From an uncultured Actinomycetota bacterium (lineage in GTDB: Bacteria; Actinomycetota; Actinomycetes; JAFAQI01), in assembly GCA_963770565.1 (NCBI GenBank), contig CAVYQE010000001.1, positions 1,531,663 to 1,595,662 of the forward strand: a stretch of DNA of 64,000 bases, in the 5' to 3' direction. Shown here piece after piece: positions 39,166 to 48,089 of the stretch (position 1 is its first letter; each line of letters opens with the position of its first letter). The notes under the pieces are model-generated. The model saw only the letters and a list, made by a program, of their open reading frames with translations, had not been told where the DNA came from and did no database searches. Both the position numbers and the translations under genes were made by a program.

Positions 39166-40472
39166 GCGAGGCTCCGACCGAGGCGCCGAGCCGGCTCAAG
39201 GTCTGCGTGATCGGGGGCGGGTCGACCTACACCCCGGAACTGGTCGACGGCTTCGCCAACCGGTGGCCGGAGCTGCCGGTCGAGGAGCTGGTGCTCTTCG
39301 ACATCGACCGGGATCGACTCGAGATCGTCGGCGGCCTGGCCGGCCGGATCCTCGCCGAACGCGGCTGGCCGGGGCGGCTGGTGCAGACGACGGACCGTGA
39401 GGCTGCGCTCAGTGACGCGCACTTCGTGGTCTGCCAGCTTCGGGTCGGCGGTCAGCAGGCGCGGTACGTCGACGAGACCCTTCCGCACGAGTTCGGCTGC
39501 ATCGGCCAGGAGACCACCGGGGCAGGCGGATTCGCGAAGGCGTTGCGTACCGTGCCGGTCGTCCTCGAGCTGGCCCGGGAGCTGGAGCGGATCGGCGCGC
39601 CGGACGCGTGGTTCGTCAACTTCACCAACCCGGTCGGCATCGTCACCCAGGCCCTGCTCGACGCCGGGCATCGCGCGATCGGGCTGTGCAACGTGGCGAT
39701 CGGCCTGCAACGGCGGATCGCCGCCTCGCTCGGTGTCGGCCCCGAGCGGGTCGAGCTCGACCATGTCGGGCTCAACCACCTGACCTGGGAGCGGGCGGTC
39801 CGGGTCGACGGAGTCGACCGGCTCGATGAGCTGCTCGGTGTCGACGGGCAGCATTGGGCGGACCATCTCGAGCTGCCGCTCGCGCTGATGCGCACGCTGC
39901 ACAACCTGCCGTCGTACTACCTGCGCTACTACTACCAGCCCGACGAGGTGCTCGCCGAGCAGCTGGCCGGGCCGTCGCGCGCCGAGCAGGTGATGGAGAT
40001 CGAGCGCGAACTGCTGGCGATGTACGCCGACCCGGCGCTGCGGCGCCAGCCGGAGTTGCTCTCCGAGCGCGGTGGGGCGTTCTACAGCGAGGCCGCGGCG
40101 CAGCTGATCGCCTCGCTGCATGCGGGCACCGGCGACGTACAAGTGGTCGACATCCGCAACGCCGGGACGCTCGGCGGGCTGGCCGACGACGACGTGGTCG
40201 AGGTACCGGCACGGATCACCCGGGCCGGCGCCAGCCCGCTGTCGCAGGCGGTGCTCGCGCCCGAGATTGCCGGGCTGGTCGCGCAGGTGAAGTCCTACGA
40301 GCGGCTCGCGGCTCGGGCCGCGGTCACCCACGACCGACGTGTAGCGCTGGAGGCGCTGCTGGCCAACCCGCTGGTGCCGAGCTGGGGAGTCGCGGACCGG
40401 ATGCTCCCGCGGTTGCTCGACGCGAATCGCGCCTACCTGCCGGGCTGGGACGTCGCGGGCACCGGGCGATGA
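39162..40472 (+). CDS. GH4 NAD-dependent 6-phospho-beta-glycosidase (CsnH-like)
   Basis: 'IGGGSTYTPEL', 'GQETTGAGG', 'NFTNP', 'GLCN', 'GLNH', 'RGGAFYS'. Confidence 0.92.
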   Translation: MSEAPTEAPSRLKVCVIGGGSTYTPELVDGFANRWPELPVEELVLFDIDRDRLEIVGGLAGRILAERGWPGRLVQTTDREAALSDAHFVVCQLRVGGQQARYVDETLPHEFGCIGQETTGAGGFAKALRTVPVVLELARELERIGAPDAWFVNFTNPVGIVTQALLDAGHRAIGLCNVAIGLQRRIAASLGVGPERVELDHVGLNHLTWERAVRVDGVDRLDELLGVDGQHWADHLELPLALMRTLHNLPSYYLRYYYQPDEVLAEQLAGPSRAEQVMEIERELLAMYADPALRRQPELLSERGGAFYSEAAAQLIASLHAGTGDVQVVDIRNAGTLGGLADDDVVEVPARITRAGASPLSQAVLAPEIAGLVAQVKSYERLAARAAVTHDRRVALEALLANPLVPSWGVADRMLPRLLDANRAYLPGWDVAGTGR

Positions 40473-41476
40473 CGGCTCGCAGCTCCTCGCCGGGTCGCGC
40501 GGCCGTCCTGGCGGTGGACGGCGGAAACTCCAAGACCGACGTCGTCCTCCTCGACCGGCGGGGAAGAGTCGTCGGTGCCGCGCGCGGCCCAGGGAGCAAC
40601 CACTCGCACAGTGACCATCAAGTGGCGATGGGCGTCATCGACTCGCTCGTCGCCGAGGCGGTCGGCGGCGCGACCGAGTCGGTCGCCGAGATCGCCATGC
40701 TCTGCCTCGCTGGTGCCGACTACCCCTCCGACGCGCGCCGGCTGGCGGCCGGCGCGGCCCGGTTCCGGTGGGCTAACCGGGTCGTGATCCACAACGACGC
40801 GATCGCGATGCTGCGGGCCGGTACGGACAGCGACGCGGCGATCGCGCTTGTCTGTGGAGCGGGTGTGAACTGCGCAGGGGTGGCTCCCGGCGGGCGACGG
40901 GCCGGCTTCCCGGCGCTCGGTGAGGTGTCCGGCGACTGGGGTGGCGGCTATGACATCGGGATGGCCGCTCTCGTCGCCGCGATCCGCGCGCAAGACGGGC
41001 GCGGCCCGCGGACCTCTCTCGCGCGGAGCGTGCCGGCGTACTTCGGCCTGGCTCGCCCATCGAATGTCGTGTTTGCGATGCACTCGGGCGGGATCGACCA
41101 GGAGCGGGTGACCGAGCTGCCACCGCTGGTCTTTGCGGCCGCGGATGCCGGCGACCAGGTCGCGCTGAGGATCATCGACCGGCTGGCGGCCGAGCTCGTC
41201 ACGATGGTCGGTGCGATCGCGCGCCGGCTGCGGCTGACCCGCTTGTCGCTCGATGTCGTCCTTGGCGGGGGCGTGCTCGCTGCCGGGCACCCGTTGCTGT
41301 ACGAGCCGCTTACCGACGGGATCCTTCGGGTCGCACCCGAAGCCCGGCTCATCACGCTGACGGCTGCGCCGGTGGCCGGCGCCGCGTTGCTGGCGCTCGA
41401 CGAGCTCGGCATCTCGGCGGGAGCCGGCGTACGGCCTGCGATCGAGGCGGCGCTGGCGACCAAGGGGAGGCCATGA
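40469..41476 (+). CDS. BadF/BadG-type amino-sugar kinase (CsnK-like)
   Basis: 'LAVDGGNSKTD', 'HNDA', 'VCGAGVNC', 'SGDWGGG'. Confidence 0.88.
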   Translation: MTARSSSPGRAAVLAVDGGNSKTDVVLLDRRGRVVGAARGPGSNHSHSDHQVAMGVIDSLVAEAVGGATESVAEIAMLCLAGADYPSDARRLAAGAARFRWANRVVIHNDAIAMLRAGTDSDAAIALVCGAGVNCAGVAPGGRRAGFPALGEVSGDWGGGYDIGMAALVAAIRAQDGRGPRTSLARSVPAYFGLARPSNVVFAMHSGGIDQERVTELPPLVFAAADAGDQVALRIIDRLAAELVTMVGAIARRLRLTRLSLDVVLGGGVLAAGHPLLYEPLTDGILRVAPEARLITLTAAPVAGAALLALDELGISAGAGVRPAIEAALATKGRP

Positions 41477-42495
41477 ACGGCGAATCCATGCTGGCCGAGA
41501 TGCACGAGCAGCCGGCCGTCATCGCCCGGCTGGTCGCCCGTTCGGACGAGCTCCGCCGGGAGGTCCTGGCCCGGGTGCCGGACGAGCTCGCCGGTACGAC
41601 GTTCGTCGCGCGCGGGTCATCGGACAACGCCGCGGTGCTGGGCCGCTACCTGGTCGAGCTGGCCTCGCGCCGTCCGGCCGCGCTCGCGGCGCCGAGCCTG
41701 GTCACCCGCTACGCAGCGTCGGTCGACTACAGCCGCTGGTTGGCGATCGCGCTCAGCCAGTCGGGCGCAACCCCCGAGGTGATCTCGGTGACCGCCGCCA
41801 TGCGCGACGGCGGAGCCGCGACGATCGGGATCAGCAATGAGCCGGTCTGCGCGCTCGGCAATGTCGTCGACCTGTTGGTGTGTTGTGACGCAGGGCCGGA
41901 GCTGGCCGTACCGGCGACTAAGACGGTCACCGCCCAGATGACCTTGGTCGCACTGCTCGCCGCGGCGATGGGACTGGTGCCGTACGGTGGCTCGGATCTG
42001 CAGTCGTTGTATCTCGCGGTCTCAGCCGTGCTCGACGACGTCGCGCCGGTGCAGCGGTTGGCCGAACGCTGGGCGGGCGCCGATCGGCTCTTCGTGGTCG
42101 GGCGCGGCCTGCTGTATGCCGCGGCGCTCGAGGTGGCATTGAAGGTGAAGGAGACCACCGGGATGCTCGCCGAGGGTCTGTCGGCGGCCGACCTGCTGCA
42201 TGGTCCGGTCGCGGCGGTCGGGCCCCGGACGCCCGTGCTGCTCCTCGATGGCGGCGGGCCGACCAGCGCCGACATCGCCGAGGTCGCGCGAGTGGTGGCC
42301 GCCCGGGACGCCGACGTGGTCGTGGTGTCTCCGGACGTCGATGCCGAGGTGTCGTTACTGAGCTCGATCCCCGAGGCGCTTCAGGTGGTCGTCGCGACGG
42401 TGCGCGGGCAGCAACTCGCCCGCGCGCTGGCCGGAGCGAGGGGGATGGACCCCGACCGGCCGGCCGGCCTGTCCAAGGTCACCGCCACGTTCTAA
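41473..42495 (+). CDS. Double-SIS-domain protein (GlmS C-terminal-like; probable glucosamine-6-phosphate deaminase)
   Basis: 'MLAEMHEQP', 'ARGSSDNA', 'SQSGATPE', 'AVPATKT', 'EVALKVKET', 'HGP', 'LSKVT'; no glutaminase domain. Confidence 0.8.
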   Translation: MNGESMLAEMHEQPAVIARLVARSDELRREVLARVPDELAGTTFVARGSSDNAAVLGRYLVELASRRPAALAAPSLVTRYAASVDYSRWLAIALSQSGATPEVISVTAAMRDGGAATIGISNEPVCALGNVVDLLVCCDAGPELAVPATKTVTAQMTLVALLAAAMGLVPYGGSDLQSLYLAVSAVLDDVAPVQRLAERWAGADRLFVVGRGLLYAAALEVALKVKETTGMLAEGLSAADLLHGPVAAVGPRTPVLLLDGGGPTSADIAEVARVVAARDADVVVVSPDVDAEVSLLSSIPEALQVVVATVRGQQLARALAGARGMDPDRPAGLSKVTATF

Positions 42496-42572
42496 GCAAT
42501 GTCGCATTGCCCCGCACTTCGTGGGGGCAATGTGACATCACCCCTGCAAAGACCGATGCAATGTGACATTGC
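42496..42572. repeat. Three palindromic GCAATGTGACATTGC-like units at exact 31-bp period
   Basis: Units start at 42496, 42527, 42558 and fill the gap between two convergent stop codons. Confidence 0.85.
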
Positions 42573-43429
42573 TAGTTCGTGTTGACGCAGCGGAGCGTTA
42601 GTCGTTGCCGGCGGGTGTAGTCGAGGATGCCCTCGCCCGCGAGATCCGGGTTGTCGCGGATCAATCCGCCCCAGTCGGAGTGACGTTCCACTTCGAAGCC
42701 GTACCCGGCCAGCAGCATCCGGATCGCTCGGAGGCTGGGTTGACCGACGACGACAGAATCGCCGTAGGAGTACTTGTCGACGTAGGCGTTCCCTTCACGG
42801 CTGACGGGTTCGAGGACCAGTCACACCGCGGCTCTGGGCACCCTCATCGGCCGGGCGACCGTGTCGATGATCAGGTGTTTGGGGTTCGACTTCCTGATTC
42901 CGTGCATCAGCGCGTTGTACTGAAGCGTGTGGTAGAGGTAGCCGAGGCACAGGACGACGTCGAAGTCGAAGTCCTGGTCGTTCAGAACGTCGCACACATC
43001 TCCGGCGATGAAGGTGCACCGATCGGAGTCGTAGCCGTACAACCCGAGGTTCGTCGTCGCGTGGTCGACAAGGTCTTGGCGGGCTTCGATGCCGACGACC
43101 GATTTGGCCCCGCTGGCAAGTGCGGCAAGCGACCAGCGCCCGTCGTGACTGGCGATGTCGAGCACCCGGGCACCCGGGAAGATGTCGTGGTTCTCGGCGA
43201 AGATCGCCTCGTACCGCAGGTTCAACCGGTTGTGGTACGCGCTGGTCTCGCTGGTCTCGAAGAACCGCGGATAGTCATCGAAGAACATCGAGGCCTTACG
43301 CGACCCGGGTGCCGAGACGGCTCTGGGCTTCGGTTGACGGGCGCGTCGGGATCTCGCCGGAGCCGGGGCTTTGTCGATCCGGTTGGCGATCCTCCGGAGC
43401 GCGCTCGCTGCGGAGTGCTTGGCAGTCAT
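42572..43429 (-). pseudogene. Class I SAM-dependent methyltransferase interrupted by an in-frame TGA at 42821-42823
   Basis: 'RVLDIASHDGRWS', 'FDVVLCLGYLYH'; the same frame stays open for 82 more codons (LVLEPVSREGNAY...RCVNTN) to TAG at 42572. Confidence 0.7.
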
Positions 43430-43479
43430 GACAGGGGAGCATACGGCGGCGGCGAGCCTCCCTTCGACATCGTGACGAG

Positions 43480-44181
43480 CTAAGGCTCAGCGGAAGCGGG
43501 ATACATCGAGTACGCCGTCGCCCGGCGTTTGGCCGCGGCCAGCGATCGCACCGTCTGCGGTCGGTCGCGATCCAGATGGGTAGCGAGCGCGATGAACACT
43601 TGGGCGGTCGTCAGCGCATCCCCGAGTGCGTGGTGTGGCCGGTGGACCGGAAGGTTGAGGCGGTCGGCGAGCTCGCCCAGGAACGTCGAGGTGAGAGGCC
43701 TCCCACGCTGGCGGGCCAGCAACTGGCCGAGCTCGTACGTGTCGAGCACCGGCCGGCGCAGCCGCACTCCCTGCCGTCGAAGCACCGGCGCGAGGAAGGA
43801 GGTCTCGATCCAGCTCACGTGGGCAACCAGGATCCGGCCGGTCATGACCTCGATCAGTGGCTGGATCGCCTCGTCGACCGGCGGCGCGTCGGCGAGATCG
43901 ACCGTGCGGATCCCATGGATCAGCACCGACTCTTCCGGGATCGGCCGACTGGTCCGGCACAACCCGTAGACGGCGTTGCCGGCGACCACCCGGCCTGCGT
44001 CGATCGGAACGGCGGCGAAGGAGAGGATCTCGTCCTGGCCGGGATCGAGCCCGCTGAGCTCGAGATCGACGACGCAGTAATGGGCCTGCCGCCACGGGAT
44101 CCGGCCGCGGGTGACCGGCGCACGTGCGTACTCCGCCACAATCGCCGAGGCGGGCGCTCGTGCGGACAGTGACCGGGTCAC
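43480..44181 (-). CDS. DEDDh 3'-5' exonuclease (DnaQ-like)
   Basis: 'VVDLELSGLD', 'IHGI', 'LVAH', 'LDT', 'HHALGDALTTA'; GTGA overlap with the upstream gene. Confidence 0.88.
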   Translation of the reverse strand: MTRSLSARAPASAIVAEYARAPVTRGRIPWRQAHYCVVDLELSGLDPGQDEILSFAAVPIDAGRVVAGNAVYGLCRTSRPIPEESVLIHGIRTVDLADAPPVDEAIQPLIEVMTGRILVAHVSWIETSFLAPVLRRQGVRLRRPVLDTYELGQLLARQRGRPLTSTFLGELADRLNLPVHRPHHALGDALTTAQVFIALATHLDRDRPQTVRSLAAAKRRATAYSMYPASAEP

Positions 44182-46058
44182 TTGAGAGCGAGGGCGAGAT
44201 CGGTCGCGATGTGGCGTTGGACGGTGGCCACGGCGCGGAAGGCGTCCTTCAGGTAGCTGCGGGTCAGCGGACTCAGGTCGGCGGGGTCGAGGAAGTCGTC
44301 CGGCTCGACCCCCGCCACCAGCTGTGCGACTTGGTGGTCCAGCCTGAGTTGGCACACGAGCTCGAAGGCTTCCTGGAGCATCAGCGAGTCCGACACAGTT
44401 AGCGCACCGACGTCGGCGCCCGCCTTCAGCCGGGCCGAGGTCGAGGCGCACGTCACGCCCGCGGACATCCCGGCCCAGCGGGCCAGGTCGGTGATCGGCA
44501 CCGCTCCGCCGGTCTTGAGGTCAAGGCGCCGCCGGTGCTCGCCCGAGGACTCGACGACGAGGCCGCGCATGAAGCCGGTGGGTGGCTTGTGGGAAAGGGC
44601 GAACTCGGCAAGCAGGCGTAGCAGTTTTGGGCGCGCCGGGGCGAGCCGGAACGTCTCGGCGATGAGGGGCTCGGTTTCGGCGCCCCAAACCGCGCGACTG
44701 TCGACCAGCACCGACACGAGCAACAGTGCCTTCGCCTGCGTAGGGTCGTCGAGGAACGACCGGGCCGAGCGTTGCCACGAGGCCAGTGACCGGACGAACA
44801 GCGGATCCGACGCGCTCGCCCGGTGTTCGTCGGGGCGGAAGCCGCAGCGCAGGAGCGCGTCCGTCGCCGCGGTGGCCACCGCTGCCAGGTACGTGCGGAT
44901 CGCTGCCTCGTCGCGGTCGCCATCACCATCGCCGAGCCAGACGATCGCGGTGTCGAGGTCCGAGCTCGGCAGGGCCTCCCGGCGGGCCTGGCTGCCCAGG
45001 GTGAGCCAGGTGAAGTGCGTCGGCGGCTCGCCCGCCTCCGCCACCGCGAGGTCCACCGCTCGCCGGGTCAGGGCGTCGGCGACGACCGAGAAGACCGACA
45101 TGACCTCCGCCGCCGGCATCCCGGCCCGGGTCATGGCGACGACGGTCGGCCGCAGCTCCGACGCCGTGGTAACCAGCTCGTCAAAGGTGCTCGCCCGGGC
45201 CACCGCGCGTCGCACGAAGAACGAGGACCTCCGCTCGACCGCCAGGAGGTCGTGGTCCTCGACGATTCCGATCACCCGGCCGGTCGGAGCAAGAACCGGC
45301 AAGTGCCGGATGCCTCGGTCGAGCATGTCGAGGAGCACCTCGCCTCCAGCCCGGTCACTCGGCACCGTGAACGCCGGCGCCGTCATCACGGCGGACACCG
45401 GCGAGTCGCTAGGCAGGCCGGCACCGACCACCTTCGCTCGCAGATCGCGGTCGGTGACGATCCCGAGGGTGTCCCCGAGGTCGACGACAAGCGCCGTCGT
45501 GCCGGCGGCAGTCAGCAGCGTCGCTGCCTCGCGGATGGACTCATCGGGCCCGACGATCACCGGCGCGGCGCGGATCGCGGCGCTCACCGGCTCCCGCAGC
45601 GGGTCGCTCGACTCCATCGCGCTCGAACCTGACCGCAGGTGGTGGGGATCCTCCAGGAGCAGGCGGGTCAGGTAACGCAGTCCGGAGGGCCGAGCCAGCG
45701 CCTCCGAGGCGGTTTCAGCCGGGATCCGATAGGTCAGCGTGTCCTCGGCGGCCCGGGCGCCGAAGCCGGTCGGGAGGCCGGACAGCATCGACGCGTGGCC
45801 GAACATCTCGCCGGGGCCCATCAGGTCAAGGACGCGTCCGTCGTCGAAGACCTCCACCGCCCCGGCCCGGATCACCCGCAGGAACTCGACCGCCTCGGTG
45901 CCCTTGGTGAAGATCGTCGCCCCGGCCGGGTAGAACTCCACCTCGACCGCATCCGCCAGCCGTTCGACCACCTCGGGATCGAAGGCGTCGAAGGGTGGAT
46001 ACCGCACGAGGAACTCGACGATGTCGGGAACCGCCGTCACCGCACGAGCCAACCACAC
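44178..46058 (-). CDS. cNMP-binding + CBS + DUF294 nucleotidyltransferase protein (COG2905-like)
   Basis: cNMP 'IRAGAVE..GEMFG', CBS 'GIVTDRDLR', 'IRHLPV', NTase 'LGSQARRE..SDLD', 'LDLKTGG'; start may be 46040. Confidence 0.88.
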   Translation of the reverse strand: MWLARAVTAVPDIVEFLVRYPPFDAFDPEVVERLADAVEVEFYPAGATIFTKGTEAVEFLRVIRAGAVEVFDDGRVLDLMGPGEMFGHASMLSGLPTGFGARAAEDTLTYRIPAETASEALARPSGLRYLTRLLLEDPHHLRSGSSAMESSDPLREPVSAAIRAAPVIVGPDESIREAATLLTAAGTTALVVDLGDTLGIVTDRDLRAKVVGAGLPSDSPVSAVMTAPAFTVPSDRAGGEVLLDMLDRGIRHLPVLAPTGRVIGIVEDHDLLAVERRSSFFVRRAVARASTFDELVTTASELRPTVVAMTRAGMPAAEVMSVFSVVADALTRRAVDLAVAEAGEPPTHFTWLTLGSQARREALPSSDLDTAIVWLGDGDGDRDEAAIRTYLAAVATAATDALLRCGFRPDEHRASASDPLFVRSLASWQRSARSFLDDPTQAKALLLVSVLVDSRAVWGAETEPLIAETFRLAPARPKLLRLLAEFALSHKPPTGFMRGLVVESSGEHRRRLDLKTGGAVPITDLARWAGMSAGVTCASTSARLKAGADVGALTVSDSLMLQEAFELVCQLRLDHQVAQLVAGVEPDDFLDPADLSPLTRSYLKDAFRAVATVQRHIATDLALALK

Positions 46059-46061
46059 GGA

Positions 46062-46507
46062 TCATGCCTTGCGGACGGTGAGATTCTTCTTGTAGAAGAC
46101 CGCGGAGTCCTCGTACTCCTGCGCCAGGTAGAACTCGCGCGCCCGCCGGCTTGCCAGGGAGACGTACGTCGAGCCGCGCTCGGCCGCCCAGCGTTCCGCG
46201 TGTTGCATGAGCGCCCTGCCGATTCCGAGCCGCCGAAGGTCGGAAGCGACCATCACCTCCTCGACCCAGCAGACCGGTCCGTTCGCGAGGAAGGTCAGGT
46301 GGTCACTGGCCAGGAGGTAGCCCGCGATGCGTTCCTCGACCTCGGCGACGACCACAGGGTGTCGTCACGGCCGAGCAGCTGCTCATATGTCGAGTCGAAG
46401 AGGGCCTGCACCGGTACGAACGACGTGGCGAACTCCCGCGCGAGTGGCCAGACGCCGGCCCGGTCGGCGACTTGGGCGGTACGGACCTGGGCCTTCGGCT
46501 TGGTCAT
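46062..46507 (-). CDS. GNAT acetyltransferase, frameshift near 46355
   Basis: N-part in ORF 46295-46507, C-part 'WVEEVMV...RRLGIGRALM..FY' in ORF 46062-46355. Confidence 0.75.
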
Positions 46508-46551
46508 CGCGGCATCGGGTCAAACGCGGCACCCGATCCGGGCGTCGGCGG

Positions 46552-47364
46552 TTAACCGAGGTCGTCGAGGAAGCGGCGCAGCGGCGGGTTGACCACGTCG
46601 GGATGGGTGAGGTTGGCGGCGTGGCCTGCGCCCGGCACCAGCACGAGCGGCGCTGCCCCAGGGAGACCGTCGACCAGCGCCTGGGCCTTCGCCACCGGGA
46701 TCGAGGCGTCGGCGTCGCCGTGGATCACCAATGTCGGGCAGGTGATCTCGCCGAGCCGGTCGGTCACGTCGTCGCGAGCGACGAGGGCGTGCATCAACTG
46801 CGGGGCGCGGTGTCTCGGGATCGTCTTCCAGTACGCCTGCCACGCTGGTTCGTCCGCGCCAGGGCCGAGGATCGCGGCGGCGGCGAAGTCGAGGGTGTCC
46901 TGCGACGGACCTTCAGCTGCCCACGCCGCGGCCATCCCGTCGTACAGCGGAACGATGGCCGGATCCTCCGTGCCCGCCTGGGTGTCGATCAGGACCAGCG
47001 CCCGGACCCGCTCCGGTGCGCGCAGCGCCGCACGCAGCGACAGGAAGCCGCCCTGGCTCATCCCGGCCAGCACGGCCCGGTCGACGCCGAGGTGGTCGAG
47101 CAGCGCGAGCAGGTCGTCGGCGCTGTCCCAGTACGACCAGGTGCCGTCGTGCTCCGCCTCGCCATGGCCGCGTTGGTCCCAGGTCACGACCCGGTACGCG
47201 TCGCGCAACGCCTCGACCTGGGCGGCGAACATCGTGTGGTTCATCAGGAGCCCGTGGCTGAACACGACGACCGGCCCGTCCCCGCCCGAGTCGGTCACCC
47301 CGACCGTCGCGCCGGTCGGGAGAGTTATCTGGACGAGCGGGTCTGGGATCACCGGGAGCGGCAT
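46552..47364 (-). CDS. Alpha/beta hydrolase
   Basis: 'VFSHG', 'WDQRGHG', 'GMSQGG' nucleophile, 'IHGDAD', 'AGHAAN'. Confidence 0.9.
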   Translation of the reverse strand: MPLPVIPDPLVQITLPTGATVGVTDSGGDGPVVVFSHGLLMNHTMFAAQVEALRDAYRVVTWDQRGHGEAEHDGTWSYWDSADDLLALLDHLGVDRAVLAGMSQGGFLSLRAALRAPERVRALVLIDTQAGTEDPAIVPLYDGMAAAWAAEGPSQDTLDFAAAAILGPGADEPAWQAYWKTIPRHRAPQLMHALVARDDVTDRLGEITCPTLVIHGDADASIPVAKAQALVDGLPGAAPLVLVPGAGHAANLTHPDVVNPPLRRFLDDLG

Positions 47365-47407
47365 GTGATGCACCGTAGACGACCGCCACCCGCGGGCCGA
47401 GGGGAAA

Positions 47408-47429
47408 CGTCGTACCCGGTGCCTAGCGT
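47408..47429 (+). promoter_or_regulatory. PafBC-like promoter variant CGTCGT-N10-TAGCGT, leaderless
   Basis: cgtcgt acccggtgcc tagcgt, 6 nt before ATG 47436. Confidence 0.55.
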
Positions 47430-47435
47430 GCATCC

Positions 47436-48089
47436 ATGGGCGCGAACGTCTCGTGGCAGCCGTCGCTGTTCGACGGCGGCGCGCCCACGCTCGACGTCTC
47501 GTACGACGGGCTGCGCCGGATCGTGCTCGACGAGCGGTCCTGGGTCGACTACTGCCCGGGCTGGCTGGCCGGGTCGGACGCCGTCTTCGAGCTGCTCGCG
47601 GCGAACGCGCGATGGCAGCAGCGCACCGTGACGATGTGGGAGCACACGCTGCCGGAGCCGCGCCTGACGGCCGGCTGGTCGACCGACGCGGCCGGCGCAC
47701 CGCCGCTGTTGCTCGAGATGTGCCGATTGCTCTCCGACCGCTACTCGGTCGGCTTCGACCGGGTGTGGGTCAACCTCTACCGCGACGGCCGCGACAGCGT
47801 CGCCTGGCACGGCGACCGGCATCGTCACGTGATGTCGCGCCCGATGGTGGCGACCGTTTCGTTGGGCGCCAGGCGGAGGTTCCAGCTGCGCCGACGGGGG
47901 ACCAGCACGATCGTGCACACGCTCACGCCAGGGGTCGGTGACCTCGTGGTCATGGGTGGTGAGTGCCAGAACGACTGGGAGCACACCGTGCCCAAGACCG
48001 CCAGGCCGGTCGGTGCCCGGATGTCGGTGACGATCCGGCACTCCGAGCCGGCGCGGGGTGAGCGCTGGCTGAAGGGCGCTACTTCCTGA
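47436..48089 (+). CDS. AlkB-family 2OG-Fe(II) dioxygenase
   Basis: 'NLYRDGRDSVAWHGD', 'VSLGARRRF', 'WEHTVPK', 'RMSVTIR'. Confidence 0.9.
   Translation: MGANVSWQPSLFDGGAPTLDVSYDGLRRIVLDERSWVDYCPGWLAGSDAVFELLAANARWQQRTVTMWEHTLPEPRLTAGWSTDAAGAPPLLLEMCRLLSDRYSVGFDRVWVNLYRDGRDSVAWHGDRHRHVMSRPMVATVSLGARRRFQLRRRGTSTIVHTLTPGVGDLVVMGGECQNDWEHTVPKTARPVGARMSVTIRHSEPARGERWLKGATS

Noticed and set aside
41473-42495. glmS (glutamine-fructose-6-P transaminase)
   Set aside because: Lacks the N-terminal glutaminase domain; the catabolic context favours a deaminase or isomerase
42496-42572. Mini-CRISPR interpretation of the GCAATGTGACATTGC units
   Set aside because: Repeat (15 bp) and linkers (16 bp) are too short; no cas genes
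42821-42823. Selenocysteine at the methyltransferase TGA
   Set aside because: No convincing SECIS hairpin downstream and no redox-motif context; kept only as a low-probability alternative
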